From: Cirrosporium novae-zelandiae
Taxonomy: Eukaryota
Reading direction: 5' to 3'
DNA length: 64,000 nucleotides
Assembly: GCA_026023565.1 (NCBI GenBank)
Contig: JAPETS010000020.1
Span: forward strand, 434,001 to 498,000
Part shown: positions 11,766 to 23,436 of the stretch, in pieces
How the letters are laid out: each line of letters starts with the position of its first letter
Numbering within the stretch: the stretch's first letter is position 1
The notes under the pieces: model-generated
The model's database searches: none
What the model was told of the DNA's origin: nothing
The model's input: only the letters and a program-made list of their open reading frames with translations
Program-made: the position numbers and the translations under genes

Positions 11766-14700
11766 ATGGCCACGCAAAAGATCAAGTCCCCGTCCACACT
11801 GCGAGAGCTCGAATTTCTTACCTATGGGCAAACCGAAACCGAAACCGAGTGAGTCTAACCTTTAATATTGCCCACACATATAGTATTAATATTCACGGTA
11901 CAGCCTTATCCTAATTGCTGGAGTTGGGTCTTGTTCGGTTGAAGAGTGGGGCATCTGCTCGGGGCAATGGTATGAATTTTACACAAAATTACATACTCGT
12001 ATCAGAGTCCTAGCCTTTGAGCACGGGGTATTTTTGGACGAAGCCTTCTCCTGGCAGTTGTTGCTAGATAAAGGTGGTGAACTCCTCAGTGAATTATTCG
12101 AGTTATATGCCTCGGATGACTCTCCCCGACCTATGGTTTTCATGTGCTACAGCTTAGGCGGCATTATACTAAAGCAAGCCATCTGCATCGCCAACATGCA
12201 GCATCACAAATATGCGTCTCTTCTCAATTGCATATCAGGGATAGTTTTCATTGGGGCACCTCATTCTTTGGCTAGCAGTGACGCCCTTGGGGAAAGGGCC
12301 TTATTACTGATTGACTGCTTTCCAAGTGAGCAGTACCATAACAAACAATTTAAGGCTCGCTTAAAAGAGGAGTCCTCGAAGCTAACCAATATCGCAAGTC
12401 GTTTTCAGGATGTCAGTCTACAGGTCGACATTCTGTCGGTATATGAAAGTGAAAAAACCAAAGTTGCAAAGAATCATATCTTTTCTAAGCCTCGAAAGGT
12501 TATCATTATCGATAAAGAAATCAGCTCAACTCATGCACCATTGGAACAATGCGTAGCCCTTCCTATAAGTCATGGACTCCTTTATAAGTTGACACAGGAA
12601 GATGGGAGGCCTAATCAACAAGTCCAGACTTGGCTTGGCTCTGTAATCGAAAGCTCTGTCAACAATATACAAGAGCGAATGCGTTCATACCACATACGCC
12701 ATACACCCAGTCTCACATCTAGCAGCTTCTCATCATTTGCAGCCAAAGAGGTGTTAAGCAAGGACTTGGGAACTGAAGTCACCGGCCAAGGCTCTAGCGA
12801 TGGTCAGTATGGATCTTCGACTTTCGATGCGGAGATGATCCCTATCCTTGATGGATTCTCCCCTCCTAGAAAAAAAGCGAAGCTTCCTTGCTTCATGGTA
12901 GACACATTTGTGAAAAACCGCGAGTTTTTCGGTCGTCAAGATATCATAGAATTATTAGACTCAACGCTACTGCCACCAAGAGATTTACTTGTCTCATCAG
13001 AGCCAAATACTATGAAATGTGTTTCCCTTTGTGGTATGGCTGGACTTGGAAAGACAGAGATTGCCATCGAATATGCCTTCTCCCGGAAAGACAGGTTCGA
13101 TGCTATTTTCTGGGTTAGTGCAGATAACCTTGAAAAGCTGGGGTCAGATTTCTCCCGGATCGCCACAGTCCTAGACCTTGAAGACCCCAATGAACCACAT
13201 AACCAAGTTGTCAATCGAGAATTGGCCAAGGGTTGGCTCTCACATCCTCTAAAATTTTTGGATCAGAACCATGATTCTGTTGGCCAAGCGGAGGCGTCTT
13301 GGTTGATTATATTTGACAACGCCGATGACCCGGACATACTTACAGATTACATCCCAATATTTGACAGCGGCTCACTTCTTATAACTAGTCGGAACCCACT
13401 TTCCAAGACGAATTCCTCACCCACCACTCTAGGAATCGATCTGATACCATTCAAAGAAGAGGAAGCGGCGCTGTTTCTGCAACAGCTTACTCACAAAACC
13501 AATGAAGGTGATATTGCGAAGCAGGTTGCAAATAAATTAGGGGGTCTTCCATTAGCAATATCCCAAATGGCGGGAGTCATACGTCGACAATATCTATCCT
13601 TCCCAGAGTTTCTTGAGCGATACGAGGACGAAGAGGAGAAGGAAGGCCTCCTAAACCTTGAACTCCAGCCCCATAGAGTGACGGCTAGGGGTACAATTGC
13701 ATCTATATGGGCGATCGAACAGCTTTCCAGGCCAGCGAGAAGCTTCCTGGAGGTATTATCTATTTTTGACCCCGATTGTATCCAGGAGGATGTATTGATC
13801 AATAGATTGGAAGTCATTGACACTTTGTCAGAATATCCAAAGAAGAAAGCTGCATACTATGCAGCAAGAATGGAGCTTTTGCAGACCTCATTAATAAAAC
13901 GCAATGAGGAGAGAAAGGAATTTTGGATGCATCGAGTGCTCCAAGATGCAGTCAGAGCTAAAATGGAAGCCCAACATTTATTTAGAGTTTTCTCGGCTGC
14001 AACAAATCTCATTTCAGCAGCATGGCCTCCAGCTTCATTGGAGAAAAGGCACAACACTGATCGCTGGAAAGCCTGTCAAGATTTGTATCCTCATGTTATA
14101 AGCCTTCGGAATATATATATCAAATACTTCACTCGGAAGGATTATAGCCTCAATGCTGAGCTGGCCGCCTTGTTTAGTGAAGCTGGGTGGTGGCAGCACG
14201 AGCGTGGGAATGCGTCTGCAAGTAAATCTCTCTTGCAACATGCAGAAGTAATATGCCACAAACTGCCCCTTGATGGCAGAATTGGTGATATTCTCTGTGA
14301 TATACACTATGGCTTAGGTGCTGTGGCAAACGAGTCTAATGATGCAGAAAGCTGCCTCCGACATAATAAGGAGCTCCTAGCGAAAAGAATGGATGCAGCT
14401 AAAGAGGCTGGCTTGGTCGATATACGTCTTGCAATAGCCCACAACCAAATCGGTACAGGCTGGATGATGGCCAAAGAGTATCAGAAGGCCTCCGAAGCCT
14501 TCAAAAATGCGATTGAAGTCTATCAGAGCCTTCCGGACTTCTCTAAAGGTATGCTATCAGTGCCTCTTGCTAATTTAGGTCTTGCATACTGGCTACAAGG
14601 TGATTTGGACAAGGCTTCAATAACATTAGAGAGGGGGCTAAGAGACCGAGAAGAGTTGCTTGGGGTCATGGATAAGGAATCTTTTCGGTACGTCGATATC

Positions 14701-15171
14701 CTTGATAGGTTCATAGTGAAATTGACTTTTTTCAGGACCGGGAGATTTCTTCATGCACTGGGAAACATACGCGCAGATCAAGGCCAGATGGAAGAAAGCG
14801 AAATCTACCATCAGAAAGCCTTGGCGCAGTATCAGTCAACAATTGGTAACAGCCACCATCGCACGGCAGATGTTTGCCATAGAGTTGCCCAGCATTGCAT
14901 ACGACATGGCGATTTTGATACAGCTCGAATCCTGATCGATCAGGCACTCAAGGTCTGGGGAACCGAGCGATCACTGTATACGCCTGAGATTGCACGCACG
15001 TCATTCCTAAAAGCAAAGCTACTTTATCGAATAGGTGATGAGGAAGAGGCATCGATCTTGGTGCGACAAGCAGTTGCCTTGAGAAACAAGATAGCTCCAA
15101 TTCCTACCAAAGATTACAAGATGTTGACTGAAGAAAGTTTTGATGAACTGGTTACGTTTTGGTCCAGGTAA
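11766..15171 (+). CDS. Fungal NLR-like STAND protein: N-terminal alpha/beta-hydrolase (SesB-like), NB-ARC, TPR repeats; introns 11849-11903 and probably 14688-14735
   Basis: Hydrolase elbow CYSLGGIILK, VFIGAPH, SVYESEKT and LPISH. Walker A GMAGLGKT, Walker B WLIIFDNAD, LITSR, GGLPLAISQ and WMHR. Helical TPR-like repeats to the C-terminus. Confidence 0.88.
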
Positions 15172-15498
15172 TAGAAACTAATTCCTTTGATAAATGAATG
15201 TTTCATGAAGTTCATGCAAATAGGTAATGCTACTCTCTTGATGCATATCAAAGAGAATCAACGCTCAAAGATATGAAAAGTATGTGGAGTGAGAGTCTAA
15301 GGAATATCTCAGTAATTTTAAGCTGATACTCTTTCAGTAAGAAACAACTTCTCCAGTTTCGGATTCCCCCTGTTTATATTCTTTCGTGCTCCTCGCATTC
15401 AAGTTCAATCATTTAGTCTCCTCTACTTGGAAGCTTCTCATTCCCTTCCTCGATAGCAACGGGTAATTTTTCTAAACAGGGACATATTATCTTGCATT

Positions 15499-17571
15499 TT
15501 ACCATATCCTAGAGCCCGTTTTAACTAGAGTGGCCCTCCCGCTACTTTTCAGGAATTTCTGTATAGTATCAAGCAATATCACATCGGAGCCTGGGGAACC
15601 AACCAAATCAACAACGACGGGGAGAAACTCTTCCCGGCCACTGATGCGAGACTCATAAGCCCATTCCCCAATTGGAATGGCAACATCTGGTGATCCTAGT
15701 ATTGGTGGTATAAAGAGATCATCAAACCCACTTTGTGGTGTAGGTTCCCCGGGGGGGATATCTCGATAGTCGGGTTCGACCTTGGAAATCGGAAGGACGA
15801 GAAATGACTCCTTCGCTTCTTGATGCATGACATTGTCGAGAAACCATCGCTTGTACACCTCAAGACGATGCATTCCCTCTTTATACTGAAGGTCGGTTAC
15901 CTGTTCTCCGAGCGTCCAGCGCCAATGGACAAATGAGTTTACGTATGGCTTTTTTTGGTGCTTTTTCCAGTATGATACACGGAAATCATCTGTGCTGTGA
16001 TAAAAATCGCGATAGTACGTGTGGATAACCACGTCCTGCAGGTAATCTCTCACCGGTTGCCCCTGCGCTTCAGAGGGAGGCGATTTATCCCAGAGGGAGG
16101 CAATTGAAACCTTGACGGCATCAGTTCCAAGATAGGATTCAAGGTCATTTACAAAGGAATCAATGAGTTTCATCTGGTGTGGGTTTCCAACTGGGAGATA
16201 GTCTAGAGGATATATTATAGACGGCCGTTTGCTTGGAAATTTATCTCTCAACAGGGTTTTGGATGTGTACCAATGCTGAATCACTCCTTTGAATTTAGTT
16301 AGATCTCTCCCAAAGAGACACGGGGTGTCCCAGGGCAGAAATGTCGGTATCATTCCATCAAGAGATACGGCGTCATGTGTGGGTCGCATTTGGAATACTC
16401 CATTGAACAACGCAGGTCTCCGCCCGCTGCCCGAGGTGTCTGTTCCGATTGCAAAGTCCAACCAGTCATAGGCGGCAACAGCGGCTGCACTTCCACTGCT
16501 ACTACCGGCTGGAGACTGATAGCCGTCACCTCTTGGGTTGAACGGTGCCTGATAATCAACAGCTTCCGTTGGCTCTTCCCTAGAGATCAAAGAGCTGAGT
16601 TTTGTAACCCCAAGCACCTGAGCACCTGCATCCGTCAACATCTGCACGATTGAAGCTGTAGATTCTGAAGGAGGACTGAGATCATAGTATGCACGATTGC
16701 ACAACGATGTTTTGAGACCCTTGAGCCTGTAGAGATCTTTGACGGCTATCCGAAGGCCCTGAAGTGGTTTGTCTTGTCTGCCAAACGTTCGTGGAGGTAC
16801 AGCGACACTAAGGGTCTGGTAGTTCTGTCCCGTAATCCGTAGGTTTTGATAGAGGCCGTCGTCGTCGTCGTCCGATATTGAACTATTATTACCCATTGGA
16901 ACCAGGCTAGCCAGGAAAGCCCCCTGGATATCATCATGAAGCCTAAAGGCACTCCACAACACACCTTCCACCAATACGCACGGTCCGAGTCCGTAATTAT
17001 GACCAGGTATAAATTCATACCAGAGGTTACGTCTCGACTTCAGAAGTTCAATACTCTCAACGGGAAGTGGCGGCTTCTTCTCACCACCCATCGTGACCAG
17101 GGAAGCATCATCATCATCATCATCCACCACCTGAAAAACCACTCCTTCCAGAAACTCTTCCCGAAAAACATCATCATCTCGCATCATCTCTTTCAATTTC
17201 CCATTCAACCACTCCGGACTCAACGTCTCATCATTCTTACACTCTATCACTGTCACCAACGAGGAAGAGCTGGAAAACAGCTCTGCTCCCCCTTTCGCTC
17301 TCACAACCCCATCATACTATATACATATAATACATATATATCAATTAGTAAACAAATAAATTCTGTTTTTTTTTTCAAACGCGATATATAAGTCACAGCC
17401 AAAAAAAAAAGCAAGGTTCTTTGTCAATGTAGAAAAGAGTAAAAAAAATAATTGGGGGGAACCAACTTTTTGAGGGTTACAGGCTGCGTAATTGGACGAT
17501 CCGAGTTTGAAGAGGTAGGTTTGGTTGTGTTTGTGGAATCGTGAGATATTGAGGGTAGGTGGAGATAGCAT
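15499..17571 (-). CDS. Amidase-signature family enzyme (Ser-cisSer-Lys); probable first exon 17571-~17466
   Basis: LRIAVKDL (Lys), PAGSSSGSAAAVA and GTDTSGSGRRPA. The upstream ORF YLFKLGSSNYAA can splice (GTTGGT..TATAG) in frame to YDGVVRAKG. The start is less certain than the family. Confidence 0.83.
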
Positions 17572-18300
17572 TGCGGTGGTGGTGGTGGCTCCGGTGTTGT
17601 TATTGTTGTTGCGTGCTGCGTGTCGTTGTTGTTGTTGTTGTTGTTGTATTCACTGGGGGAGGAATTAAATAGAAAGCGAGAGAGAGGTAGATTATAAGTA
17701 AGCTACAGACGGACAGACAAGTAGACTAATAGATAACTATAAAACGAAAAAATAAAAAAATAAAAATATAATAATTACATACCATGCATCATTCTTTTAA
17801 CAAAATCAAGCCCGTAAAGAACAAATAACAAATTCCCTTTTTTTTTTTTTTTTTTACTTTGTTTCCTTTATATAAATACCCAATCAACGTCCCTAGAACT
17901 TGAAGTAATTAGACTATGTCATGTAAAAACTAATGTATATGTATATATGCATGCAATGTAATGCAAGGTTTTACACTAATAAAAAAATACTATGGTAAAG
18001 AGAGCGCTTATGCGCATGCACACACTATGCATATGATAGCACGGGCGATGCATGCATGGGATGTATGTGCAGGGGGTTACTGTAAAAAGAAGAGGGAGGG
18101 AGGGATTGTGATTTAATAGGTGGGGGGGATTCGATTGATTCATTAATAGTTTACTCGAGTAATTAGTTCTAACAAGTTACTAGTCTAATGCTTTGGTTTA
18201 AGAATAAGCATCTATCCTAATTATTTGTCTAATCTATCTATCGATAAGTACGTAGACGTATTATAGTGATTAGAACTACCTCCCTACCTAACTAATTAAA
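17300..18300. repeat. AT-rich microsatellite/homopolymer island: poly(T), poly(A), (GTT)n, (GGT)n, ATGC-rich
   Basis: (GTT)7 at ~17625-17646, a long T run at ~17838-17855, several A runs and TATGCA repeats are directly visible. Confidence 0.8.
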
Positions 18301-18330
18301 AGGGTCCAAACATATATATAACCTACGACG

Positions 18331-21300
18331 ATGGAATTTATTAATATTCTTGAAAGGAATTCGAGCAATTTTTCACGCTTAATCAGTCATTTGAATGCCC
18401 AGTCCAACCTCTGTTTGCCAAATGAGGAGATCAGCAGCCCCTCTGACCGTAGAAGTAAGTACGGTGACCTCCCCATAAAGTGTCGCAGCTTGCTTCAGCA
18501 AGGCTTTTTTGGTTGTTGGATTAGTCCTGCAAATGTCATTAGCGAAGTTGAGGGATTGTTTACCATAGATGAAAGTGGAGGCAGGCACTCTATTCTCTCC
18601 ACCGCTCCGTCAGAGATGTTACTCAGTTCCATTGTGGAACTGCTAACTTGTAAGTGTCAAGAAGCAAAAGAAATTGCTTCTTTGCTTGCATCAGGCTATT
18701 TTGATGATGCCTTTGACGATGAAATAACGGATACCGAGGAGGGATTCCAAACAGCTCCTCCATCACCAACCATTGGCGCGGAGACTTTATACGATCCTAG
18801 TCCTGACTTGGTAGAGGAGATAGCCGATATTCATTATCCAAACTTGCTACCACTGAAGAATGAAGAAGTGCCCACGAAGGAAAGAGGTTCGAAAGCTGAA
18901 TCAACAGATGTTCCATACTATCGGGATACCCTAGATGGTGATTTCCATGAAATCCATCAATTACAATCGGTTACTTCAACTACAACTGTGCAGATAGCGT
19001 GTGCAGATTCTGTCACAGAAGGACTTGAGAACCTAGATCTTTCTGCTGGGCACTTCTCAGCCGAGCTCAAGAGGTGCCACAACATCGAACACAACCTGCA
19101 GCTCAAGGGTCCATTCCGGCAGGAGGGGGATCCGAAGGTGACACTTTCCTTTCGCCATCGGTATGAGTTAGAACGGGTTTCGAAATTGTGGAACGTTCCC
19201 CTTCGCTATATTGTGGATGGGCAAAAACTTTCCGATGATTATGACCAGTTTTGGAGATGGCTGACGAGCCACCCAAGACGAAATGGATTTATTCCGTGTC
19301 CAACCACTCTGAATGTTTGGAAGCTCGCTCAAGGGCGATGGAATGAGCCAAAATCGCAAAGATTCGTTGTGCTCACAGGTCAGCTCAAGAATACAAGTTG
19401 TGATGACGGGCATTTTAAACTTGAGCTGAGCCCTCTCAAACTGCAAAGTGGTTGTCGTTTTTTCCGTCGTTTCGGATCTGACCGTTTTATGGCATTAACA
19501 GTCCCATTTCTGGACAACTACTGTAAATGCCCCGAATTTCGCAAACATGTAGCACACTGGCTAGCAAGAGGACAGCACAGACTTCTCGGCAGGGTTTGGA
19601 GGCCATTTCATATCGAGGAGATCCAGAGAAAAGGTCATAAGATCATGTTTTTCGCTGTTGCTGGTGACGATTTTCAGACCTCACCACGACTGCAAATATC
19701 TCCTAGGCTCGAAAAAGAAAGTGAGCATGCGCAGATGTCCGTTGATGCTTTGAGAGAGTGGCATGTACCATGGAAGCAGAACTTTGGCGAATCAGACTGC
19801 AAATTATTCTATCGCATCAAACTAGGACTCTCCAGCACATACGCAACGGCGCAGCTTGAATCTAGTAATATAATCAGGGTTCCGGATAAGGTAGTCGGGA
19901 GCAAAGTTATGAATGACGGGTGTGCAAGGATGTCCAAGAGCCTTGGCAGCATGATCAGGACTTTTCTAGAAATTGAAGGTCCGGTACCAAGCTGTTTCCA
20001 GGCAAGGATCGGAGGAGCAAAAGGAGTTTGGATGGTCGAACAACATGACGCTGTTCATGAAAATTTAAATGAAGAAGTGTGGATTGAAATCTCGCCATCA
20101 CAATTGAAGATCAAACCATACCCCGGCGCAGCCGACAGCCACCCCGACCCGGAACTGTGCCAATTTGAGGTGGTCGGTTGGTCGCAAAGTTTGCGACCAT
20201 CACATCTTAGTGAGCAGCTTTTGGCAGTTTTGGAAGACTGTGGGGTGCCAAGGAAAATATTCGAACAGCTGCTGTATCACAGCATGACATACATCTCCGA
20301 CAGACTCATCGAGGCTGTTCAAAAAAATGATCGAAATTGGTGCAGAGACCTACTCGCACAACTGGGAACCGTAACCGACGAACGTTTCACCGAAAACAAA
20401 TGGCCCGTGAGAGATTTCGACCAAGCGGCATTACTGTTGGAGAGTGGCTTTGAACCGCATTCGTGTTCTTATCTCGTAGATCTACTTAGGCAGTGCTTGA
20501 GCTACAACCTAGACAGTTACATACAGAAACTTCGCGTTCCTATCCAATGTTCCACGTCTGCATATTGTATCGCTGATCCCTATGGCGTCCTCGAATCAAA
20601 TGAAATCTGCTTGTCATTCTCTCAACGGTGGGATACAGGAAATTTCAGCGGGACCTCTCTTGTCAATACTGAAGTATTAGTGGCACGGCATCCAGCGGTG
20701 CGCTCATGCGATATTCAAAAGCGAAAGGCAGTATGGAAACCTGAATTAAAGCACTTCGTTGACGTTGTAATATTCCCAGTCAAAGGATCATTTCCACTGG
20801 CTGATATTCTCTCGGGGGGGGACTACGATGGCGACCGTGTGTGGATTTGTTGGGAGTCTGATATTGTGGATTCATTTATTAACGTGGAACCGCTAGAATG
20901 TGAACAAAATAACGGAGATGTTTACCTCACTCATTGCAAGTCACCGGTGATAGCCCCTCCAATGGAGAGTTTCTGGGTGAAGATGTTTGACTTCTATCTG
21001 GAGAGATCTCAAGTGGGGACCTGCACGCAGATCCATGGAGAGGTATGTCGCTCTTTTGGGATGAGGTCTGGAGCCTCTACACTCATAGCATCTATAATCT
21101 CCAGACTGCTCAGCGGTCAAAAATCCGGTATCACCCTGTCTCCCACAAATCTATCCAGCATCAGAAAAATAGCCAAATCGAATATCGCCCATACCACCAC
21201 TGCAGACTACCTCCGGCAACGTGCAGCAGAAGGTAAGGACCAAATACTGACACGATATCATCAAAATTATAGTTGGACGAGCACGACGAAGGTGGATGAC

Positions 21301-21804
21301 GATATCATGAATGTGTGGCGGGAAATAAATGAACGGGGAGAGCGAGAACTACGATATAAGAATCAACGATTATTGTCCAACGCGCTTAAAGATTTAACAC
21401 AAAGAATTCTGAATATTCAAAAAACAATTTGGACATGTTACCGTAAAGGCCACGGTCGTGAACATTTTATGGCCATTGTCCAGGAGGCTTCTCAAGCAGT
21501 TCAAGACTTGCAACCGAACGATTTCGATCATCCATTGAGTCATACATGGATGAACAGCAAACGTGAATGGAATAGGATCCGTGCAGCCTACATATATTAT
21601 CATAATCGGGGAGACAAATTTGCCTGGTTTACGGTCGGTCGGGTACTTTGTTGGATTAAAGCCGATGGTGGATTTACTTTCCCTATTCAGGCCGACACTT
21701 TATGTTATTTCCGTTTTAGTAGCAGCCATTTCAGACGACTTCAACCCCAGGAGCTACAAGACGAGGAGCTACAAGACGGGGAGCCACAAGACGAGGAGAA
21801 TTAA
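18331..21804 (+). CDS. Cellular RNA-dependent RNA polymerase, QDE-1-like (RNA silencing), single exon
   Basis: Uninterrupted 1157-aa ORF with RFFRRFGSDRF, MNDGC, CFQARIGGAKGVW, SQLK, YCIADPYGVL, VLVARHPA..DIQ and catalytic LSGGDYDGD (DxDGD). Confidence 0.93.
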   Translation: MEFINILERNSSNFSRLISHLNAQSNLCLPNEEISSPSDRRSKYGDLPIKCRSLLQQGFFGCWISPANVISEVEGLFTIDESGGRHSILSTAPSEMLLSSIVELLTCKCQEAKEIASLLASGYFDDAFDDEITDTEEGFQTAPPSPTIGAETLYDPSPDLVEEIADIHYPNLLPLKNEEVPTKERGSKAESTDVPYYRDTLDGDFHEIHQLQSVTSTTTVQIACADSVTEGLENLDLSAGHFSAELKRCHNIEHNLQLKGPFRQEGDPKVTLSFRHRYELERVSKLWNVPLRYIVDGQKLSDDYDQFWRWLTSHPRRNGFIPCPTTLNVWKLAQGRWNEPKSQRFVVLTGQLKNTSCDDGHFKLELSPLKLQSGCRFFRRFGSDRFMALTVPFLDNYCKCPEFRKHVAHWLARGQHRLLGRVWRPFHIEEIQRKGHKIMFFAVAGDDFQTSPRLQISPRLEKESEHAQMSVDALREWHVPWKQNFGESDCKLFYRIKLGLSSTYATAQLESSNIIRVPDKVVGSKVMNDGCARMSKSLGSMIRTFLEIEGPVPSCFQARIGGAKGVWMVEQHDAVHENLNEEVWIEISPSQLKIKPYPGAADSHPDPELCQFEVVGWSQSLRPSHLSEQLLAVLEDCGVPRKIFEQLLYHSMTYISDRLIEAVQKNDRNWCRDLLAQLGTVTDERFTENKWPVRDFDQAALLLESGFEPHSCSYLVDLLRQCLSYNLDSYIQKLRVPIQCSTSAYCIADPYGVLESNEICLSFSQRWDTGNFSGTSLVNTEVLVARHPAVRSCDIQKRKAVWKPELKHFVDVVIFPVKGSFPLADILSGGDYDGDRVWICWESDIVDSFINVEPLECEQNNGDVYLTHCKSPVIAPPMESFWVKMFDFYLERSQVGTCTQIHGEVCRSFGMRSGASTLIASIISRLLSGQKSGITLSPTNLSSIRKIAKSNIAHTTTADYLRQRAAEGKDQILTRYHQNYSWTSTTKVDDDIMNVWREINERGERELRYKNQRLLSNALKDLTQRILNIQKTIWTCYRKGHGREHFMAIVQEASQAVQDLQPNDFDHPLSHTWMNSKREWNRIRAAYIYYHNRGDKFAWFTVGRVLCWIKADGGFTFPIQADTLCYFRFSSSHFRRLQPQELQDEELQDGEPQDEEN
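21748..21798 (+). repeat. 15-nt coding tandem repeat (about 3.4 copies) giving an acidic RdRP tail QELQDEELQDGEPQDEE
   Basis: caggagctacaagac / gaggagctacaagac / ggggagccacaagac / gaggag. Confidence 0.85.
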
Positions 21805-22149
21805 TTATTGATAGTTCAATGAAGATAAAATAGAAAGTTACTGTTAGGGCATGCCAAGCATCACGTCTATGCGCTTACGAAGCGCTCGCTTGGCGCCTGA
21901 GTAATCCTATAAAGAAGAACGCTACCCCACGTATTATGGGGACAGCGTTCAACTTTTGCATCTACCTCAGAGGGCACTCCTAAAGCTATCATTATCCTGG
22001 CATCTCGAATGCGAACCCTATAGTATTCTAGTTAGTTGTCCAGTACTTAGATAGTTATCCTATCACACAGCCTGAATTAGGCGCTGCCCTTACAGTTACA
22101 TATGGACTATGGATTCAACATCCATAGTAAATGAAGCGGGCGATGCAAA

Positions 22150-23000
22150 ATATAAAGAATATCTACAAGGAGATTATATGTGACAAAAAATCCTCATAAT
22201 AATTAATATCCCGAGAGGGAGAAAAAGGAAGGAAATGGCAATTGTCAACAAGGGTTTATTTATACATGGTAAGCAAACTTCCAAATTAAGCAAATATACA
22301 GAAAGTGAATCATAATCAAACTATACGTCCATCAGTAATAATAGTAGCATTATCCAAACATCTGAAACCCACGACAGATGAACGGAAAGAAACCACTAAT
22401 TACTATGAAGCTAAAAAATTGATTTCCTAAAAAGTGGTGGTTGGTGGATAAAAAAATAAAAATCAATCTTCCTGTCAACATTGCCCATTTCTATCTATCT
22501 AGATACACATAGCCTATAGGACAAACAAACAACCTAAACATATGAAAAAAAAAAAAAAACTAAAAATATATCCAAAGCATCAGCTATAGAAAGAAGAAGA
22601 TACAATATCATTCAAATATTAGAGAAAAAAAAATTACAAAAGACTTTTTAAATCTATTTTTAAATAGGGAAATGATTTGATCGTTTCAACCTCTCCCCGG
22701 CGGAAAGTGTAGCCATGAATGAGTCAAGAGTCGCGCGTATCATGTAGCATAGCATAGCATAGCATATTCTTGAGACTAAGGCCTGTACATCACAAATACT
22801 GTAGTCCATACCAAACATACCAAACATACCAAACACACCAAACACAATCCTCCTTCTAGAAGCACTTTACTTTACCTCTACTGTACTATACAGTATATTA
22901 CACTCTCAAAAAAAAAACTTCTTCAGCGGCCACTTTAGGTACATGTACAGTAATTACAGTACCAGCCACACAAATTTCAGGGCCATGATAGCAATGCATG
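22150..23000. repeat. AT-rich low-complexity island with a 9-nt tandem (ACCAAACAT/C)x4, (CATAG)n and poly(A)
   Basis: Visible at ~22810-22846, ~22748-22765 and ~22545-22559. Confidence 0.75.
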
Positions 23001-23436
23001 CATGCACTTCCCTCCCCCTAGATTTCGATTCCGCCAACCCCCCCCTGTGAAAGGCATGGTTATCCATCTACCATTTGAAATGCCTACAAGCGTACTCAAG
23101 CAGGCTCCTCCCTACTTAAGATTCTTCACATGGTTCTTCAGTGCTACTGTAGACAAAAATACGACAAATCGTAAGACTTTGGACTCTTAATCCCCTATGT
23201 CTACTTTGCTCTCAAAAGATATCCGAACTTTTGTCCCCCCTCGAGAACGGTGGATTGGATTTGCCTAGGCAAAAACATTATGCTTTGTATATATGTATGT
23301 TTTGGGTGGGGAAAGGACGGAGCAAGGAGCTTATATAGCGGAAAATGAAACAAAGGGAGAAAAATTGAGCAAGTAGTGGCTCATCATGATAATGAACTAA
23401 AAGCTTCCTATAATCATTTCTGGTTCATAACCCTGT

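Noticed and set aside
18331..21804. Endogenous RNA-virus polymerase
   Set aside because: The motifs are of the cellular DxDGD RNA-silencing type, not a viral GDD palm polymerase, and no capsid or helicase gene is nearby.
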